NCBI GenBank assembly: GCA_963578565.1
Contig: CAUZCX010000001.1
Location: 1 to 57,244 of the forward strand
Length of the DNA stretch: 57,244 nt
From: Anaerolineae bacterium
GTDB lineage: Bacteria; Chloroflexota; Anaerolineae; Anaerolineales; UBA11657
Reading direction: 5' to 3'
Positions 53,991 to 57,244 of the stretch are shown here, piece by piece; position 1 is the stretch's first letter; each line of letters begins with the position of its first letter. The notes beneath the pieces are model-generated. The model ran no database searches and was not told the DNA's origin. It saw only the letters and a list, made by a program, of their open reading frames with translations. Position numbers and translations under genes: made by a program.

Positions 53991-54665
53991 ATGGTCAACG
54001 CCAAGTTGAAACGAAAAGCCGAGCTAGTGCAGAACATGCTTATGAAAACCTACGGGGAGCCGGTATGGCGTCAACTGCTGCCGCCCCTGGACGAACTGGT
54101 ATCCACCATACTTTCGCAGAATACTAATGACAGCAATCGTGACCGCGCCTTCGATGCGCTGCGCGGCGCTTTCGCAGACTGGGCTGCGGTGCGTGATGCG
54201 CCTGCGGAGGCGGTCATAACCGCCATTCGTCCTGCGGGTCTGGCTAAACAGAAAGGCCCACGTATTCAGCAGGTGCTGCGTCAGATAACCGCGGAGCGCG
54301 GCGATCTATCGCTTCAATTTCTGGGGAGGATGCCAGTGGAAGAGGCGCGGCGGTGGTTGCTGCGCTATAAGGGTGTCGGGCCGAAGACGGCAGCAATCGT
54401 ACTGCTCTTTGCTTTGCAGCTGCCTGCGTTTCCGGTGGATACTCATGTCCATCGCGTTACCGGTCGCCTAGGTCTGCGCCCGAGCGGTATGAGCGCCGAG
54501 GCGTCCCATCCGCATTTGGAGGCGGTGTTCTGTCAGGAGCATTATTATGCGGCTCACATGAATCTTATACGGTTGGGACGAGAAATATGCCGGGCGCGCC
54601 GTCCGAGATGCCCAGAATGCGCGCTGCGCAATCTGTGTGATTATTGGAACATGACCTGGGCTTAG
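53991..54665 (+). CDS. Endonuclease III-like HhH-GPD DNA glycosylase with a [4Fe-4S] loop
   Basis: HhH LLRYKGVGPKTAAIVLLFAL, catalytic Asp block FPVDTHVHRV, and CRARRPRCPECALRNLC (C-x6-C-x2-C-x5-C). Confidence 0.85.
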   Translation: MVNAKLKRKAELVQNMLMKTYGEPVWRQLLPPLDELVSTILSQNTNDSNRDRAFDALRGAFADWAAVRDAPAEAVITAIRPAGLAKQKGPRIQQVLRQITAERGDLSLQFLGRMPVEEARRWLLRYKGVGPKTAAIVLLFALQLPAFPVDTHVHRVTGRLGLRPSGMSAEASHPHLEAVFCQEHYYAAHMNLIRLGREICRARRPRCPECALRNLCDYWNMTWA

Positions 54666-54696
54666 AGCCCATAAGTAGGTGGATCGGAAGCGTGAT

Positions 54697-55251
54697 TTAT
54701 CCTGTGAACAGTGGCAGATGGCCAAGCGCGTAAATGTGTTCCCATTGCGAGCGGTCGCCCTCGGTCAGTATGGCTGCTTCGGCAGCAACCTCCGCGCCAG
54801 CTTTGGACATGAGTAGACGCATTGCCTGAAGGGTGGAACCCGTGCTAATTACGTCGTCTATGAGTGCGATGCGCTTGCCTGCAATCAAGTCACGGTCCTT
54901 GGCATCCAGATAAAGTGTCTGGGGTTTGCCAGTGGTGATTGAGAGCGTCTCAGCATGTAGACTATCCCCCATGTAGGGCTTGTGCGTTTTGCGCAGCACT
55001 ACATATGGTTTTTCAGCGGCTAGGGCAAGCGCGCAGATTAGTGGGATGCTCTTTGCCTCTGCGGTCACCAGCACACCGTAATCCACATCGGCCAGTTTGT
55101 GTGCGAGTGCGGCTGCTGCTGCTTGCACCAGTTCGGTGTCCCCGAGTATGTTTAACACCGCGATGCGCAGCCCAGTTTTAACCTCCATGAGTGGCAGCTC
55201 TCGACGCACACCAGCCACTTCTATTTGAAATACTTGTCCGTCAATGCTCAT
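54697..55251 (-). CDS. Type I phosphoribosyltransferase (adenine/purine PRTase-like)
   Basis: PRPP-binding loop RIALIDDVISTGSTL. ATGA overlap with the upstream gene stop (55248-55251). Confidence 0.75.
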   Translation of the reverse strand: MSIDGQVFQIEVAGVRRELPLMEVKTGLRIAVLNILGDTELVQAAAAALAHKLADVDYGVLVTAEAKSIPLICALALAAEKPYVVLRKTHKPYMGDSLHAETLSITTGKPQTLYLDAKDRDLIAGKRIALIDDVISTGSTLQAMRLLMSKAGAEVAAEAAILTEGDRSQWEHIYALGHLPLFTG

Positions 55252-56165
55252 TCTTCCTCCTTAGACAGTTGCTGTTCCCGAAAGTCGTAGATTCCGTCCC
55301 TGACAATACATATACGCCCACAGTTTGGACAGTGGAGCTCACTCTCTCTCTCCGTGAGTGCGGTGCTAGTACAGCGTGGGCAACGGAAGAAGGCTTGCGC
55401 TGGCGCGACTGGCCCGGTCGGACGTGCAGATGCGCACAACATTACGCTAGGAGTGAGCTGCCAATGGTCTCCACTTGGCTGCAGGGCTGCATCTACGGAT
55501 GATAGCCACTCAGCTGGCACAATGCGTTTCAGTGCAGGCAGCCGAAAGTGGGAAAGACTGCGCTGCTGTCCGATTGCGAAGCCTACCTCGTGCAACCATG
55601 AGCGTATGATCCTCGGATGGAAATTGAAATTGAGTCTAGTGAACTCCACTGTTTCTGGGCTGAACGGGTTCCAACTCTGCAGACCGAGCCAGTAACGCAT
55701 GATTGCCTTAGCATTCCGCTTGTTGGCGAACTCCATTACCAGTGTACCGCATGGACGGAGGGTGGCATGAATGCCGGTTAGGGCAGTGCGCGGGTCCACA
55801 AGGTGATGAATGACGCGCACCATCAGGGCTGCATCAAAGAGGCCGTCTACGAACGGTAGACGGTAAACATCGGCAGCCACATAGACGAAGCGTGCGCCAC
55901 GTCCCAGCCGCTCTTGTGCCTGCTGTAGCTGTGTGTGCGAATAATCTAACAGCGTCACGCGGTCAAAGTGAGCCAGTTCGTCGGTCAGGCGACCGGCACC
56001 GGCGCCGACTTCGAGACAGAGCGGGCCGCCCTCAGGAAGCAGATGGCGCAGCGCTATGCGCTCGACGCGGTCTTCGTATTCACGTCCGCCCTCTTCCCAG
56101 AACTCAGACTGATAACGCGAGCCCTCGTAGTCACAGATAGGATTGGTTGAATCGGAACCCATCAT
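55248..56165 (-). CDS. Class I SAM-dependent methyltransferase with a C-terminal Trm112-like zinc ribbon
   Basis: CLEVGAGAGRL motif I. C-terminal FFRCPRCTSTAL...LHCPNCGRICIVRDGIYDF. ATGA overlap with the gatB stop (56162-56165). Confidence 0.75.
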   Translation of the reverse strand: MMGSDSTNPICDYEGSRYQSEFWEEGGREYEDRVERIALRHLLPEGGPLCLEVGAGAGRLTDELAHFDRVTLLDYSHTQLQQAQERLGRGARFVYVAADVYRLPFVDGLFDAALMVRVIHHLVDPRTALTGIHATLRPCGTLVMEFANKRNAKAIMRYWLGLQSWNPFSPETVEFTRLNFNFHPRIIRSWLHEVGFAIGQQRSLSHFRLPALKRIVPAEWLSSVDAALQPSGDHWQLTPSVMLCASARPTGPVAPAQAFFRCPRCTSTALTERESELHCPNCGRICIVRDGIYDFREQQLSKEEE

Positions 56166-57244
56166 TGGGTGTTGCTGGTACCGACTCCTTTTTGCAACGC
56201 TTCCTGCAGCACTGAGCGCACCACCTGCGGGTTTGCCTTGCCGCCCATGGCGCGCATCACCTGCCCGAAGAACCAGTTGGCGAGCGTCTCCTTGCCGGCC
56301 AGAAATCTCTCAACCTGCTCAGGATGGTCGGCTAGCACGCTTTCGACCGCCTGCGCGATGGTGTCGGTGTCGCTCACTTGTTCAAGCCCTCGCTGAGTGA
56401 TGATTGCCTTTGGCTCCGCGCCTGTTGCCAGCATTTCGCGTAGTACCTGCTTGGCGCTGCTGGCGCTTATGCGATCGGCTTCCAGCAGCACCAGCAAATC
56501 CACCAGCTGCTCTGGGCGGATTTGCATCTCTTCTATTTCGGTTCCGGCGGTGTGCAGCAGCCCGAATAGATGGCTGCTCAACCAGTTGGCGATAGTCTTG
56601 GCTTGTACGGACGGGTCTGCCTTTGTCCCGTTGTGCACTGCGGCTTCGAAAAACTCTGCTACCGGACGCTTTGCCACCAGTACCTGCCTATCGTACTCGT
56701 TTAATCCCATTTTGCGGAAGCGCTCAGTTTTTTCAGCGGGCAATTCGGGAAGGGTGGTGCTGATCTGCTCTACCCAGATCGGGTCAATTTGCAACGGTGG
56801 TAAATCTGGCTCCGGAAAATAGCGGTAATCGTGAGCATGCTCCTTACTGCGCTGCGCTACTGTAACTTCGTGGGCCTCGTCCCAGCCTAGGGTTTGTTGC
56901 TGCACGGCCTCGCCAGAAGTGCGCGCGGTAATCTGTCGCTCAATTTCATATTGTGTACTGCGCTGGAGGGCGCGGAACGAGTTCAGGTTCTTGATTTCGG
57001 TGCGGGTGTTCAGATTCTTACTCCCGGTCGTGCGTACCGATATGTTGGCTTCAAACCGGATAACCCCCTTTTCCATATCGCCGCTGTTAACGTTCAGATA
57101 GGTAAGGATTTTGCGTAACTCCTTTGCATAGGTTACCGCCTCTGCCGCAGAGCGCATGTCTGGCTCACTCACGATCTCCAGCAATGGTACGCCGGCGCGG
57201 TTCAAGTTCACCAATGAGACGCCGTGCCCTCCGGTGCCACTTTC
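56162..57244 (-). CDS. gatB: Asp/Glu-tRNA amidotransferase subunit B, C-terminal about 360 aa (5' end outside the window)
   Basis: NRAGVPLLEIVSEPDMRS, FEANISVR and a GatB/YqeY C-terminal domain. The frame is open to the window edge. Confidence 0.9.
   Translation of the reverse strand, partial: ESGTGGHGVSLVNLNRAGVPLLEIVSEPDMRSAAEAVTYAKELRKILTYLNVNSGDMEKGVIRFEANISVRTTGSKNLNTRTEIKNLNSFRALQRSTQYEIERQITARTSGEAVQQQTLGWDEAHEVTVAQRSKEHAHDYRYFPEPDLPPLQIDPIWVEQISTTLPELPAEKTERFRKMGLNEYDRQVLVAKRPVAEFFEAAVHNGTKADPSVQAKTIANWLSSHLFGLLHTAGTEIEEMQIRPEQLVDLLVLLEADRISASSAKQVLREMLATGAEPKAIITQRGLEQVSDTDTIAQAVESVLADHPEQVERFLAGKETLANWFFGQVMRAMGGKANPQVVRSVLQEALQKGVGTSNTQ

Noticed and set aside
1-57244. CRISPR arrays, IS elements, rRNA/tRNA genes and toxin-antitoxin or known defence-system gene sets.
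   Set aside because: I saw no regularly spaced direct repeats, no transposase, integrase or Cas-like ORFs and no structured RNA gene signatures. The only tandem repeats are the 66-nt coding repeat at 23971-24102 and the 9-bp repeats at 49982-50011.

Overview
This is a 57.2-kb bacterial chromosomal window that is almost fully coding, with about 57 protein genes. I found no rRNA, tRNA, CRISPR array, transposase or integrase.

The window has two compositionally different parts. Hand counts of scattered 60-nt lines gave about 40-50% GC on the left and about 53-67% on the right. Two AT-rich non-coding gaps of about 400 bp (19111-19545 and 19963-20380) sit at the junction.

Part 1 (nt 1-19962) is an island packed with nucleoside and nucleobase enzymes:
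- four PfkB kinases, including a ribokinase and a kinase fused to a Qng1/DUF2419 queuosine-salvage-like domain
- two adenosine-deaminase-family proteins
- a yeast-FCY1-type cytosine deaminase and a cytidine deaminase
- three PNP/UDP family-1 nucleoside phosphorylases
- two TenA/thiaminase-II-like proteins
- a Cys/Met-family PLP enzyme and a SAM methyltransferase
- transport genes: partial MFS, an ABC-2 exporter with an unknown 451-aa partner, an EcfT remnant and a single-EamA protein

I regard this island as the best candidate for an undescribed system, possibly salvage or catabolism of modified nucleosides. The strongest parts are the kinase-Qng1 fusion and the duplicated TenA-phosphorylase modules.

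Part 2 (nt 20381-57244) carries housekeeping and envelope genes:
- one minus-strand array: uvrC-murJ-methyltransferase-sortase-prfA-prmC-tsaC-M43 lipoprotein-GT4-tagA
- then a LysM/CBM surface protein, a beta-class DNA methyltransferase, a GT39-like membrane glycosyltransferase, an epimerase, a GH2 hydrolase, GT4, rpsT, an atypical orphan OmpR-type regulator and pyk
- then an LL-H-holin-like protein, ygfZ-korBA-gntR, Trm112, a HEAT protein and a frameshifted DUF456 gene
- then serS with a candidate T-box leader, a second DNA methyltransferase divergent from an EndoIII-like glycosylase, a PRTase, a methyltransferase with a Trm112-like tail, and partial gatB

The Thr/Pro-rich linkers, sortase, GT39 and Qng1-like content suggest a Chloroflexota-like source. 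That is a low-confidence inference. All calls come from by-eye motif recognition on the supplied translations and hand-checked codons. No database search was run.
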